Positions 24,945 through 37,014 of a stretch of 64,000 bases of DNA are shown here, one piece after another (position 1 is the first letter of the stretch; each line of letters starts with the position of its first letter). Origin of the DNA: Octopus sinensis (lineage: Eukaryota); contig NC_043002.1 of NCBI RefSeq assembly GCF_006345805.1, positions 22,134,001 to 22,198,000 on the forward strand, read 5' to 3'. The notes under the pieces were generated by a model. That model did no database searches. It saw only the letters and a program-made list of their open reading frames with translations, and was not told the origin of the DNA. The position numbers were made by a program, and so were the translations under genes.

Positions 24945-26380
24945 TACCTTATTTCATTGCTATTTAAAGGAGAACTGGAAAAGGTAATCAAATGATTGCT
25001 TTATACTTTGGAACGATAGTATGGACAAACTCCTTGAGTTCAGAATGATGCTCAACATTATCAATAGCAACATGCAATTCACTGTGGAACACAGCAATAA
25101 AGAACTTCCCTTTGTTGACAACCTAATTAAAATAGTCAATAACCACATCGAAACAGACATCTTTTATAAACCCGGAGATTCAAGACAATACCTATTATTC
25201 AACTCATGCCACTCCAAACACATAGAAATTAATATACCTTATAATCTAGCGAAAAGAATATGTACCATAGTTTCGGACACCTATACTCGTGAACGAAGAC
25301 TCCTTGAACTCAGATCAATACTAATCAATACAGATCAATACTAATCAAAATGCCATCATTAATGAATGATGGCATTAAACGAGCTATGGAAATAGATGTA
25401 CGAACATTAAGGGAAGTCAACCGAAATACTACACCAAAAGTACTCCCATACACCTCCACACATAACCCATGAAACAATGAGGCATTCAACATCATCGTCC
25501 AAAACCTAACCATTCTCACTGGAGATAAAACTATGAACGAAATTTTGGGCTCACACAAAATTATCAGAAGCAAAATGTAACCGAAATCATGGAAAAATAT
25601 TAACCGGCGCAAGACTATATCCCTTAACAACAGAACCAAAAGTGAAAAAATGCAGGTAGCCTAACGGTGGTATATACCCCCATCTTTTGAAGGGTTGAGA
25701 ATTTCACTTCAAACAAGGTGATATATATAAGATAAAGTCAAATTTCACTCGTGACTCTGAAAACCTAATCTGTGTTATTACCTGCTTAGGTTGCGGAAAC
25801 CACTATATAGGCCGAACATGAATGTTCTTCAGACAAAGAAGAACGCTTCACAAAGAACAAATCGCTTCCTACAATATAAACAGTGAACATATAGATGTGC
25901 TAGGATCCGTAAACCAAACATCCTAATTTTCCCTTTTTATCAATGTTCCCAGAACTCCTCAGCGCAGTGAAGACTAAATAAAGAGGCAACTTTCTTTAAT
26001 AAATATCAACCACAACTTAACATGCACACATAACTTAATACAGGACACTACTAATCTTACTAATACCAATAATTCCATTAATCCCCATACATCCCATATA
26101 CCATTCAAACTCTATTAATCACATTAACCTAATTACTTCACATTCAGAACTGCTTACCTCCCTTGCATGCAATCTTTTCACTCAGGTACTATTAGACTCA
26201 AAGTCAGTGAACAGCGATGACGAAACCGGTATGACTTTCTTGAATTTCTATATTGACTCATGATAATGATTTTTATACTTCTTAATTCCACCTCAAATAA
26301 TTTATTAGTATGAGTATATCTTTGTTTCTTGTTACTTTCCCCCTAATTATACCACTTGTAGTCTTTTTACATAGAAACCT
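24945..26380 (+). mobile_element. Penelope-like element, 5'-truncated: RT C-terminus, Cys linker, GIY-YIG and 3' pLTR region
   Basis: ENWKR*SNDCFILW (decayed RYxDD); LPFVDNLI..TDIFYKP.DSRQYLLFNSCH; linker KCR*PNGGIYPHLL (Neptune-type Zn-finger relic); NFTRDSENLICVITCLGCGNHYIGRT (GIY-YIG); ends KYQPQLNMHT* at 26033. Confidence 0.88.
26200..26238 (+). ncRNA. Relic minimal type-I hammerhead ribozyme in the PLE 3' region
   Basis: AAAGTCA / GTGAACA (cf. CTGAAGA) / GCGATGAC / GAAA / CCGG / TA / TGACTTT: perfect 7-bp stem I, palindromic ACCGGT stem III and UA cleavage site. The core has two substitutions. Confidence 0.65.
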
Positions 26381-26406
26381 GCTTCTATTATATATATATA
26401 TATATA

Positions 26407-26443
<37 letters not shown>

Positions 26444-26453
<10 letters not shown>

Positions 26454-26579
26454 ATTTCGGAATGGTCATTTTGCCAGTTTAGCCAATAAAAACACACGCA
26501 CTATATATTTGGTGTTATATAGTGCGTGTGTTTTTATTGGCTAAACTGGCAAAATGACCATTCCGAAATATAACAATAT
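26444..26579. repeat. Near-perfect inverted repeat (64-bp stem, 8-nt loop)
   Basis: 26444-26507 pairs with 26516-26579 with a single G-T pair; loop TTTGGTGT. Confidence 0.97.
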
Positions 26580-26631
26580 CTGTTTCAACACACGACTTCA
26601 CATAAAAATCTTGCACAACAAATATATAAAC

Positions 26632-26691
<60 letters not shown>

Positions 26692-26716
26692 CACACATAC
26701 ACACACGCACATATAT

Positions 26717-26758
<42 letters not shown>

Positions 26759-27136
26759 ATATTATATATATATATATATATGTATATATGATAATCATAA
26801 CAATAATCCTTGGATAGAATTTACGCGCGTTTTCACAGATCTTATGTCTCTTAAGATCACAGTCCATATTCATGGGATGATTAGAGTGTAGTCCGTAGTA
26901 TCCGTGGGCATCGGATAAAAGATCTTTATGGATTCATTTCTTCAGTGGATGTTTACCAAAGGGATTTTATGCTTGTTGACCATTGCGAAAGCTGGTTACT
27001 CGATGCAATCCCGAAAACTGGTTCACCAGTCAGCGTCATTAGACTATAGCCGGCTCAATGGTATAGGAGCATTATTTGCATATTCAAAACGTGTTGCTCC
27101 AGCATGACCACTGTAACATGGCTGAAACTAATAAAA

Positions 27137-27207
<71 letters not shown>

Positions 27208-27229
27208 CATACATGCATACATACATATA

Positions 27230-27378
27230 ACATATTGTAGGCTTCTTTCAGTTTCTGTCTCCCTAATGCACTCACAAAGCTTGGGTCGGCCCGAGGTTAT
27301 AGAAGAAGACACTTCTATAACCTCGTGGTGAGACTGAACCCAGAACCATGGGTTGGGAAACAACTTCTTACCACACAC
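27230..27378 (-). mobile_element. SINE group B 5' half; a plus-strand group B tail lies at ~27090-27140
   Basis: Reverse complement GTGTGGTAAGAAGTTGTTTCCCAACCCATGGTTCTGGGTTCAGTC..CTCGGGCCGACCCAAGCTTTGTGAG. Confidence 0.75.
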
Positions 27379-27509
27379 CAATATTGTGTGTGTGTGTGTC
27401 TATCAATATATTTATGTATGCATGCATGTATATATCTATGTATGAATGTATATATATGAATATGTGCAAAGCAGTTCAATTCAAGTCATACTTCGTTTAT
27501 AAAACATCA

Positions 27510-27800
27510 TCATGAAGTAGGAAAAGTGTTTAAACTTGGTCTGAGTGCTTCTCAGCTTAGTCAAAGTGTTGATCTCTGATAGAATTTGAAGAGGAAACTT
27601 GTTATCGAACCTTTCATGTGTAGAATGACAACAAATGATGAAAAGTGGAAGTTAAATAACCATATCCAAAGAAAACAACTATGGTTAGCCCCTAAAAAAA
27701 AGGAACAGAATCCATCTCTAAATCAAGAATATATCCAAAAAGTTTTTGCTTTGTTCGGTGAATAACTCAAAGCTGAAGAGAAAGATTCCTTCGATCAAAA
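27510..27800 (+). mobile_element. Mariner transposase fragment, decayed
   Basis: GKVFKLG.. then PFMCRMTTNDEKWKLNNHIQRKQLW, equivalent to PFLKRIITGDEKW..N..RKRSW. Confidence 0.6.
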
Positions 27801-27896
27801 AGTCAACGAAGAAGTCCCCATACAATTACACAAATTCCTAGAAATAGCAGCTAAATAGCATTCAAACTTCACCTTGCTATAGGTGAATCTATGTAA

Positions 27897-27927
<31 letters not shown>

Positions 27928-27928
27928 T

Positions 27929-28778
27929 AATTTTTCTTTGAGTTGTATTTAAGTTCTTGAGAGAGTTCAAGCCGATTGCAAATAAACCAGCAAAACTTAT
28001 TGAGTTAAAAGATTTTGCGGTGTTTGTAAATATGTGGTTGAGTTAGTGTTTTGGTTGAACTGTAGATGCATACACCCAAGTGTGTGCATCTATTCCTACA
28101 AGAATCCGACATGGAAAATTTGGGACTGTCTTACAAATCTTCACCGTGCCACTAATAGATTGGATTTAGAGAAACTGTATCAGGTTCTTTTGCTCTTTTA
28201 CTGTGAAACAGTATTTCCAGGATTTTGTGCAAATTTGACGGTACATAACCTAATGCCTCTATGCTGACGGTACAAATGAGAATTCATAGTTGGGAAACAA
28301 GAGCTGTAAATTCCGCATTAATTCTCCATAAATTTTCCTTTTTCTTGACTTCTACAACAAGAAAATTGCATTGTTGTAGATCTGACCTCTGCAAGAATGA
28401 GTGACTCTTGTTCCCCGTCTCACAGAGCAATATCAGGTCTGTTATGTTTGCACCAAATTAATGTTTTTACTGGGGTGTTCCACCAGTATTTATCATTTTT
28501 AAGGGAGTGAATATCTGCTGGTTCTGACATGTTTTCGATGTATACATCAGAGTAGTCCTTCCTGCAGATAGCGTTGCGAATGATCTTTGCAACTATATGA
28601 TGCTTGTCGGGCAATTAGTATCTTCCACAATGGTATAGCAGAGCCGATATTGTTTTATCACGACGTGGAGGTTTGGCGGTATCTTTGTCCTGCTTGTTTA
28701 TCATGTATTTAGTAACTATCTCCTGTTGCAGAAGCGGCTACTCTTCTTGTTAATGTTGTTACCCTCTAGCTTACGGGA
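27929..28778 (-). mobile_element. R4-clade (RLE-type) non-LTR retrotransposon 3' fragment, family 2, copy 1; flanked on both sides by (CATA)n
   Basis: Minus strand: QQEIVTKYM, RLCYTIVED..CP (CCHC relic), HHIVAKII.NAIC, YWWNTPVKT..CKHNRPDI, KENLYGELMRNLQLLFPNYEF, EALGYVP, IQSISGTVKICKT, then a ~230-bp 3' UTR. (TATG)n at 27898-27928 and from 28788. Confidence 0.85.
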
Positions 28779-29592
28779 TGTATATCCATGTATGTATGTA
28801 TGTATGTATGTATGTATGTATGTATGTATGTATGTATGTATGTATGTGTGTATGTATGTATGTATGGATGGATGGATGGATGGATGCATTTATGTATGCA
28901 TGTATGTGTGTATGTATGTGTGAGTGTGTATGTGTGTATATGTGTATGTGTGTGTGAGTGTATGCATGTATGTATCTCTCTGTCAATCTGTCTGTCTATC
29001 TATCTACACGCACACACACATACACACACAACACACACGCATAAATATGACAGTCAGACGAATGGATTGGGATTTCAACCTTGTCACGTCTTATCCACCA
29101 TTCATGCTACTTACATATCTGACATTGTTTAGACTAGTGTAGATTTCAAAACTAGTCATCGAGAAGAATAGAACGATTACGTAACACGCTATAAAGCTTA
29201 ATATTAATACGTTTCTTTATAAGAAAATATATTGTAGAACATGAGGGACAATTTGGATTAGCTTTGATTTTTTCGAAAAATTTATGACTATGAACGCATT
29301 ATTGATTATCTGGAAAAATATTATTGATTATGGAATCAATTTTAAAGGTAGGTACAGACTATGTAAAAAGGTAAAGGCAACGTTGAATTATGCAAAAACT
29401 AAATCAATATAATTGACGTTGAATGTTAGCAACAAAGCGGGAAAGCTGTACAAAAAAAAAAAAAAAAAACAAACAGAAAAAAACACAAAAACCTAAAGCT
29501 CGAGGATTTTTGACAAAATTAATCGATTCTGCTCCCCGTCATAGAGGAATCAATCTTTCTTAGATGTGTTTCTGTATAAACAGTCCTTAAAT

Positions 29593-29745
29593 CAGTCGCA
29601 AGCAAACTGCGGCTCGCGGGACTTTCAGAATTGCATGTCAACGAAAAATTACTTTGAATATTTTTTTTTTTTTAGTTCTGTGACCCGTTTGATGATGAGC
29701 TATATCTCATGCGGCCCGCTTCTTGAAAAAGGTTGCCCATGTCTG
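29593..29745. mobile_element. 153-bp hAT MITE with 8-bp TSD
   Basis: Ends CAGTCGCAAGCAAACT / AGGTTGCCCATGTCTG with internal GCGGCYCGC motifs. TSD CCTTAAAT (29585-29592) / CCTTGAAT (29746-29753). Confidence 0.75.
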
Positions 29746-29938
29746 CCTTGAATAAACAGATGGTAAAATTTCTGAGGGAGGCGAACGGTCGACAGTGTTT
29801 GTAATGAAACATAAAGAACTTGGTTGTTTCGGATTTCTTCGACTGGGGCGATGCAAATGTGTGGCGGAATTTGAACACCTGACATAGAAGGAACGAAGCA
29901 AAAGCCATGTTAAGCGTTTCGTTACCGTTACACATCAG

Positions 29939-29971
<33 letters not shown>

Positions 29972-30007
29972 GCTGCTTATATTGTTAATCCATTCATGAC
30001 AGTACTT

Positions 30008-30235
30008 ATTTCTTTATTGGCCTCAGGGAGCTAAACATAGAGGGGACAAACAAGGACAGACAAAATGATTAAGTCGATTACATCGACTCCAGTACGCAAC
30101 TGGTACTTAATTTATCGACTCCGAAAGGATGAAAGGCAAAGTCGACCTTAGCGGGATTTGAACTCAGAACGTAATGGCAGGTGAAATACTGCTAAGCATT
30201 TCGCCCGGCCTTCTAACGTTTCTGTCAGCTTGGCT
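30008..30235 (-). mobile_element. SINE group A, tail type 2
   Basis: Reverse complement of the 44714-44935 type sequence. Confidence 0.85.
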
Positions 30236-30603
30236 GTCGTTGCGAATCTTGTTTAGCTGTTGCTTAGCTCTGATCTAGCAGCTGATCAATGATTAAACGT
30301 GATGTTCCAGTCGTGACCATCCTGCTCTTTACTATAAGTGTAAGAAAAGCAGAACCACATTTTATAATGATATATTTTTCTAAGTCTGTTGGATATGATT
30401 TGAGGGAGATTTGGCTGCTACATTCAGCTATCTCTCACATTTCTGTGGTGTCAGGAGATAGTCACTGAAGTATTAGTAATATCAGGGCATATAAAAAAGT
30501 CTATCAAAAATCAGTACCAGGCACATACTGGGGTCGGTTTTCGACTATAATATAAATATGCATGTCCCTGTGTCAATGTTAATAACTAACATTAATGAGT
30601 GTA

Positions 30604-30820
30604 GTGAAAGGCGGTGAGTTGGCAGAGTCGTTAGCATGTCGGACAAAATGCTTAATGGTATTTCTTCCGACTTAACATTTTGAGTTCAAATTCCACCGAG
30701 GTCGACTTTGCCTTTCATCCTTTCGAGATCAATAAAATAAATATCAGTTGAGTACTGGGGTCGGTGTAATCGACTTATACCCTACCCCAAAATTGCTGGC
30801 CTTGTGCCAACATTTGAAAT
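30604..30820 (+). mobile_element. SINE group A, tail type 1
   Basis: GTGAAAGGCGGTGAGTTGGCAGAG head; tail ..CCCCAAAATTGCTGGCCTTGTGCCAACATTTGAAA. Confidence 0.85.
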
Positions 30821-31661
30821 CAGAATAAATGGGTGTTGGTAAGGTAGTTGTTTGGTTGGATCTGAGAAGGTTTGATTGGGTGATTGAGGTGATAGGGGTA
30901 GCCAGGTGTTGGTTCGTAAGACGAGACCCTTAGGAATACGGTCGATGGTAGAGTTCGTAAAGTTATCGACGATACTAGAACCCAGTTCCGTTGTCTCAGA
31001 GTTGAGTTAATTGCGATTATTTCCTTTACAATCATTGATTCAATCAACCGGGGTGGGGGACAGAAATAGAGGGATACATAGAGAGAGATAGGGAGTGAGG
31101 TATATGGAATGATAGGGAGATAGATAGATTAGTAGATAGATAGAGAGAGAGACTGATAGATAGATAGAATCAGAGAAAGGGGAAATGAGACGTAGAGAAT
31201 GAAAGAGGGAGAAGGAGAGTGGGAGAGAGAAGAGTGTAGGCGAAGATTTGTGTGGGTGTAAGCGGTGGCGTCTTTGGTTCAATCCCGGCGGAATCGATAA
31301 CTGTTGATGGAATTTTTAATATTGTTGCTGTTTTAATTGTTTCATGTTGTTTCAGTTGTTGCTGTTGTTGTTGAAGTTGTGGTTGATGAAGTGGATGATA
31401 GTGATGTTGATGATGATGATGATGATGATGATGATGAGATAGTAATAATGGCGGTGGCGACAATCGTGTTAATAATGGTGTTGTTGTTATTGGTGTTTGC
31501 TGTTTGTTAATGGGTAATAGTAAGAGTGGAGATGGCCTTGATGTTGATGTCAACGACAAGTATTACGACGACGATGAGGATGACGACGATGATGACGATT
31601 ACGACGATGATGACGATGACGACGATGATGCTGATGACGCAAGACCTTGCGCCTTCACATT

Positions 31662-31701
<40 letters not shown>

Positions 31702-32029
31702 TATATACACACATATGCACATACACAGACACAGTAAATTAGTTAATGTATTTTTGTTTGTTTAGGTGATCACTATTTAGTTGGCCAATCAGCTGAAACA
31801 CCTCATCACTGAATTAGCGTGTAAGTGGCTGAGTATTCCATAGATATATGTGGCCTTAACTTAATACTGAAAGCGGAATCAGTACACAGTGTTTGGCGGC
31901 CGGAATTTTAAAATAAAAGAGATATTATCTATCTGATGAGCTTCTGACTGTGTCCATCCCACCAGTTTCATTTACAGGTTTTACTTGGACCCAACGCTAT
32001 GACAAAAAGTATCTATCTGGGTGAATGTA

Positions 32030-32395
32030 GTAAGGACTGTACGTGTGAATGACGGAGCCAGCTTGAGCATAATCCTATGAACCAAAAGGGAAAAAAACGA
32101 AAGGAAAAAAAGAGAGACACTTACTGTCATGTGTTTTCTTTTTGCATGACACTATTGCCCAAGGTTCCCGTGGTCTTTTCCGTAGGCTTTTCTATCCACA
32201 GACAAACCTAATCTATTCTCCCTTTTTACATCGACATTTCTGTGATACACGATCCCTATTGATCGGCCCCCACTTTTTTCACGATCCCTTTTGATCGGAA
32301 TTCGCCATCCCCTTTTCCCCTTCTTCCCCAAAAGAAAAGCTCTACTTTGTATTTTGTCCCGTCTGTGTCCAGCCCGGCGTGGCCAATAAAGAAAT
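32030..32395 (+). mobile_element. LINE 3' end (probably L1/Tx1-like): last codons plus ~320-bp 3' UTR ending AATAAAGAAAT
   Basis: ..VNDGASLSIIL* then a pyrimidine-rich UTR and terminal TTGTCCCGTCTGTGTCCAGCCCGGCGTGGCCAATAAAGAAAT(CTAT), shared with 9756-9810 and SINE A type 2 tails. Clade call is from memory. Confidence 0.5.
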
Positions 32396-32828
32396 CTATC
32401 TACGATACCACCTGACTGAATTGAATCCGGAACCTAGAAACTTGTGGTAGTGAAGCGAAACTCTGAACCTTTTGATCATGCTTAATCTAATGTGAATTTG
32501 TATACTTGCATACATACATTACACACACGCACGCATGCGCGCGCGCACACACACACACACAAACACACAGATGCATATTCGAGTGATGTTGTCGGTAACA
32601 TGGTCAGTTTCACCATACATTTGATTTTAACATACTTCATTCGTACCTCTTCTGTATGTGATTATATGATGATCTCTGTGTCGTAAACGGCAGATGGGGG
32701 CTCCACAATTTTTTTACTGAACAACCGCTCTGTTTGTCCAACGTTTCTTTTGGAAACAACGTTGTTTTTTATGTTTACATGTGTAATTTTTAGCCTTTTG
32801 TTAAAACCTGTTTTTAAAAAAAAATTAT

Positions 32829-33110
32829 GCGCCCTTATCAAGCTTAGCCAGGCTCATGGGCCTGGTTTCCCGATTTCTGTGGCGTATGTGTTCCCCCCAG
32901 CTGGACGGGACGCCAGTCCATCGCAGCGTTACTCAAGAAACAGGAAGAGAGAATGAGAGAAAATTATGGCGAAAGAGTACAACAAGGGTCGCCACCAGCC
33001 CTTGCCGGAGCATCGTGGAGCTTTAGGTGTTTTTGCTCAATAAACACACACAACGCCCGGTCTGGGAATCGAAATTGTGATCCTCCGACCGTTGCTCTAA
33101 ACACTGGGTC
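32829..33110 (-). mobile_element. SINE group C, tail 2
   Basis: Aligns with 20354-20663. Confidence 0.85.
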
Positions 33111-33875
33111 ACCTCCCCCCCCCGTCCGTTTGTCTAGTATCATCCCTCTATGTTGAGCCCTTTGTGGCAAACAGAGGAAAACTTTTCTTACTGAACAACC
33201 TGTAAAGACGATTTGTTTGGAGTGATGAAACGTTTGTGATATGCATTAGCCGGTCGCAGAGCAGCACGAAACGATGTATTTTTCCCGAGAACCTAACGCA
33301 TCGACCTGTCTGAGAATCGAATGCACGACTTTGCGATCATGGAAGCAGAACGCTAACCACTAGGCCATCCGTGTGAACATATATATCTTTGTGGGTATAT
33401 GCGCATGTTCCCATGCGTATGCGTGCGTATTTTTATATGTAACATTATACGTATACCTGAGCGTGTGTGTGTGTGTGTGTGCGTGCGTATATTGCTGATG
33501 ATGGTTACTAAAGTCTCTCTTTTATTGTTCCTCACGAAATTGTATAATCACGAAAACAGAACTTTGCGACTGTCTAATATATCTAATTATATTTAATTAA
33601 TAAATCTAATTACTTTTTCGAACTTGTGATGGCTAAAATCTTTTGGCACATCCCAAATAAATCTTAAGTATGTATGTCTGTATGCATGTAAATGTATACC
33701 TCAGCTATATTCACCCCCACACCCACCGCCGTACTATCAGAAGCACCAACGTTACCATGACTGCAACCAAAACAGTCATTACCATCATGGCCGCCGTTCT
33801 TATCATCCCCACCACGACCATGACGACAATGACGATGATATGTATGTGTATCTGTGTGGTTGTATGAATGTGTGA

Positions 33876-34533
33876 CTTTTCTTTGAGTTTTTATAAATCC
33901 TTAAATCCTTTAAAATGTTTCATCCCGAAAGCTACGGCCATGCTGGGGCACCACCGTTGAAATGAGCTACACTAGTATGTGAAAGCACCTCTGATATGTG
34001 GCACTTGGTCAACAAAGGAGTTCGACGCCGCTGCCCGCATCTGTGTTTCCTGCCGAGAGGTAGGTTCATCTGGAATACCTGACAAGATGAGATCGAGTTT
34101 AGTTTTAAAGAAACCCACTTCCACACCATGCAGGTCTCTCAGGCATTTAGGAAGGATATTGAAGAGCTGTGGTCCCCTGAAACTCAAGCTGTTGCAGTAT
34201 CTGGTCCGGTATTTTGATGGTGATGTTGAAATCCTTGGCACCATAAAAATCTTTTACGTAAGAAAGTTCAAGCCAGTCACTAACAAAGCAACAAGACTAT
34301 TCTCGGTATTTGTAAAAATGTAGTTGAGTTGGTGTATTGGTTGAACTGTTAAAGCACACACCAAAGTGTGTGCGTCTATTTACCAAAAGAATCTTAGATG
34401 GAAAATCTTTGGAATGTCTTATAAATCTTTACTGTGCCACCAACAGATTGATTTAGAGGATCCCCTCAGTTACTTTTGCTCTTTCTTCGGAAAACCGAGT
34501 ATTTCTAATTTTTGTTGTTGCGTAGATTTGTCA
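33876..34533 (-). mobile_element. R4-clade family 2, copy 2 (3' fragment), with a LINE nested in its 3' UTR
   Basis: 33876-33895 and 34258-34533 align with 27929-28260 (TTTTCTTTGAGTT end; AGTTCAAGCC; GTTGAACTG..CACACC.AAGTGTGTGC; SVGGTVKIYKT). (TATG)n begins at 34534. Confidence 0.75.
33893..34258 (-). mobile_element. CR1/L2-group LINE 3' end (ORF2 C-terminus, short 3' UTR and (AGGATTTA)2 tail)
   Basis: RYCNSLSFRGPQLFNILPKCLRDLHG..FFKTKLDLILSGIPDEP..RAAASNSFVDQ, stop at 33972, then GGTGGTGCCCCAGCATGGCC..GATGAAAC. Confidence 0.8.
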
Positions 34534-34655
34534 GTATGTATGTATGCATCTATGTATGTATGTATGTATGTATGTATGTATGTATGTATGTATGTATGTA
34601 TGGACGGATGGATGGATGGATATGTGCAGATTTGTATGCTTTGTTTTATGTATGT

Positions 34656-34803
34656 ATTCTCATGCATATAGTTGCATGTCTTTAAACGCACATTTATACT
34701 TAAATGATTAACTTCTGGGAAGTTTTACAAATTTTTACAGTTCCAGTGATGACTTGGATCTGCAGTCTTCGAATCAGCTTTCTGCTTTCTGGTTTTGAGA
34801 AGC
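34656..34803 (-). mobile_element. R4-clade family 2-related 3' fragment, copy 3, between (TATG)n arrays
   Basis: Minus strand SKPESRKLIRRLQIQVITGTVKICKT, the same C-terminal motif as copies 1 and 2. Confidence 0.65.
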
Positions 34804-36335
34804 ATGTATGTATGTATGTATGTATGTATGTATGTATGTATGTATGTATGTATGTATGTATGTATGTATTATTTATGTATGTATGTATGTATTATATGTA
34901 TGTATGTATGTATGTATGTATATATGTATGTATGTACGTATGCATGTATGCATGCGTATGTATGTGTGTGTATATGTATATGTGTTCGTGTGTGTTCGTG
35001 TGTGTGTGCGTGTGCATGCGCTCGTTATTGTTTGTGTATGTTTGTATTGGCTTGCTCCAAATTGGAAGTGTAGTTTCTCGGAGAGCGCCCGCAGAAACCT
35101 CCAAGTAAAGGTCACTCCAGTTTCCCATATCCAACTTGACCAATATGTAAAGATGTCATTTAGAGACCAACAGAGGCCAGTTTCCATAATGTCAACAGGC
35201 TGGTGATATTTCTCTACCAACATCCCACCACCACCAACAACAAGAACAGCATCAAAACCCTCACTAACACTAGCATCAGCATAATCACTACAAATATAAT
35301 CTCCACCACTTCAATTACTCCCATCATTACCACCATTACCAAGGCCACTCCGACCACAACCATTGTCAGCACCACAACTACCACCACCACCACCACCACC
35401 ACCATCACCCCCCCCCAGACTACAACTATATTCACCTCCACACCCACCGCCGCACTATCAGAAGCACCAGCATCACCATGACTGCAACCGAAACAGTCAT
35501 CACCATCATGGCTGCCGTTCTCATCATCCCCACCACGACCATGACGACAATGACGATGACGACGACCACAACCGCCTCCACTGCCACCATCGTCATCATT
35601 ACCAGAGTCGCAACCAAGATTCTCCATCGCGGCCGCCACCGACACCGCAATCACCACAACCAACAAACAATGCTATCACCAGTCTCTCTCTCTCTCCCTT
35701 TCTCTCTTTCTCTCTCCCCCCTCTTCTTTGTAATATCATCTATCAGTAACTAATAGAAGCGTTATCCTATACACCTTATCACACCAACAGCACTACCACA
35801 ACTTTCGCCAACATCATACGCACCAGCACCATCACCATTACTACCACAATTACCACCATCCCCATCACCATCACTCACTGAATCCACCACCATCATACCA
35901 CCACCGCTATCTCCATACTCACGGATTTTGCTGTTGCTCAACTCTACAAGCTTCGTGGAACTTTGCTGATTTCGTAGGCAAAGAAATAACGGCAAACCCT
36001 AGGGGCAACATAAATAAGTCTAACATGCATAAGACATTTAATTCTAAACTGAATACATTTCCTTGTTGAGAACTAATTATATCAGATATTACCTTATGAT
36101 ATGTAACTAATTCAGTTCGATCAATAACAATCAGAGAGAAGGAGAGAGAATGGGAGAGAGAGAGGAAAAGAAGGAAAGAGAGATGGGGAGAGAAATAAAG
36201 ACAGAGAGAGAGTGGGAGAAAGATCCTATTAACGAAATGGTCCGTCCACCTGTTAGAAATAGCAGCCAAATTTCCTTCGCTTTAATTGATATATTCGGGC
36301 TAGTGTCCTCATCTTATAACCTCTTATAACCTTAG

Positions 36336-36490
36336 GTACTCTTCACCCCAACTTCTCTCACTCTTACTTCCTGTTTCTTGAGTAACGCTGCGATGGACTG
36401 GCGTTCCGTCCAGATGGGGGAACTCATACGCCATGGAAACCGGGAAACCGGGCCCATGAGCCTGGCTAGGTTTGAAAAAAGCGAGGAGGA
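36336..36490 (+). mobile_element. SINE group C tail 2, 5'-truncated
   Basis: CTCTCACTCTTACTTCCTGTTTCTTGAGTAACGCTGCGATGGACTGG..GAGCCTGGCTAGGTTTGAAAA. Confidence 0.8.
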
Positions 36491-36873
36491 AGTAGCATAT
36501 TTAGCAAGCCACTGAAGTGTCTATTCACTGTTTCTATACATTTCAGATCTGCCGGTACGACTTCATGTCATAGCCAATCCGTTCTAGCTATGGCCAAAGC
36601 ATCTTGCGTGCCATGACCGTTTCTAATGCCATAGCAAATTTAAAAAAGGTGATTGAAGTGAATAAAAATTATATAAATATAGATGAAGATATTATTGTTT
36701 ATAATAATTAACAATTTTTAATTTTTATCGTTGTGGTTTTTATTAACCATGCTAAACCTCTGACGGGGAGGGGTGAGGATCTTTATATTTGAAACCTAAG
36801 GATTCATTCTGTCGAGACGCAAATTGTTTTTCCCTGTAGTTTCATCTCTTAAATACATATTCATAGATGTATT

Positions 36874-36905
<32 letters not shown>

Positions 36906-36932
36906 TGTTTCCTTCTTTCTTTCTTTCTGTCT

Positions 36933-37014
<82 letters not shown>

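Noticed and set aside
36547-36650. Strong plus-strand acceptor followed by an apparent exon
   Set aside because: All three frames contain stops before the next plausible donor.
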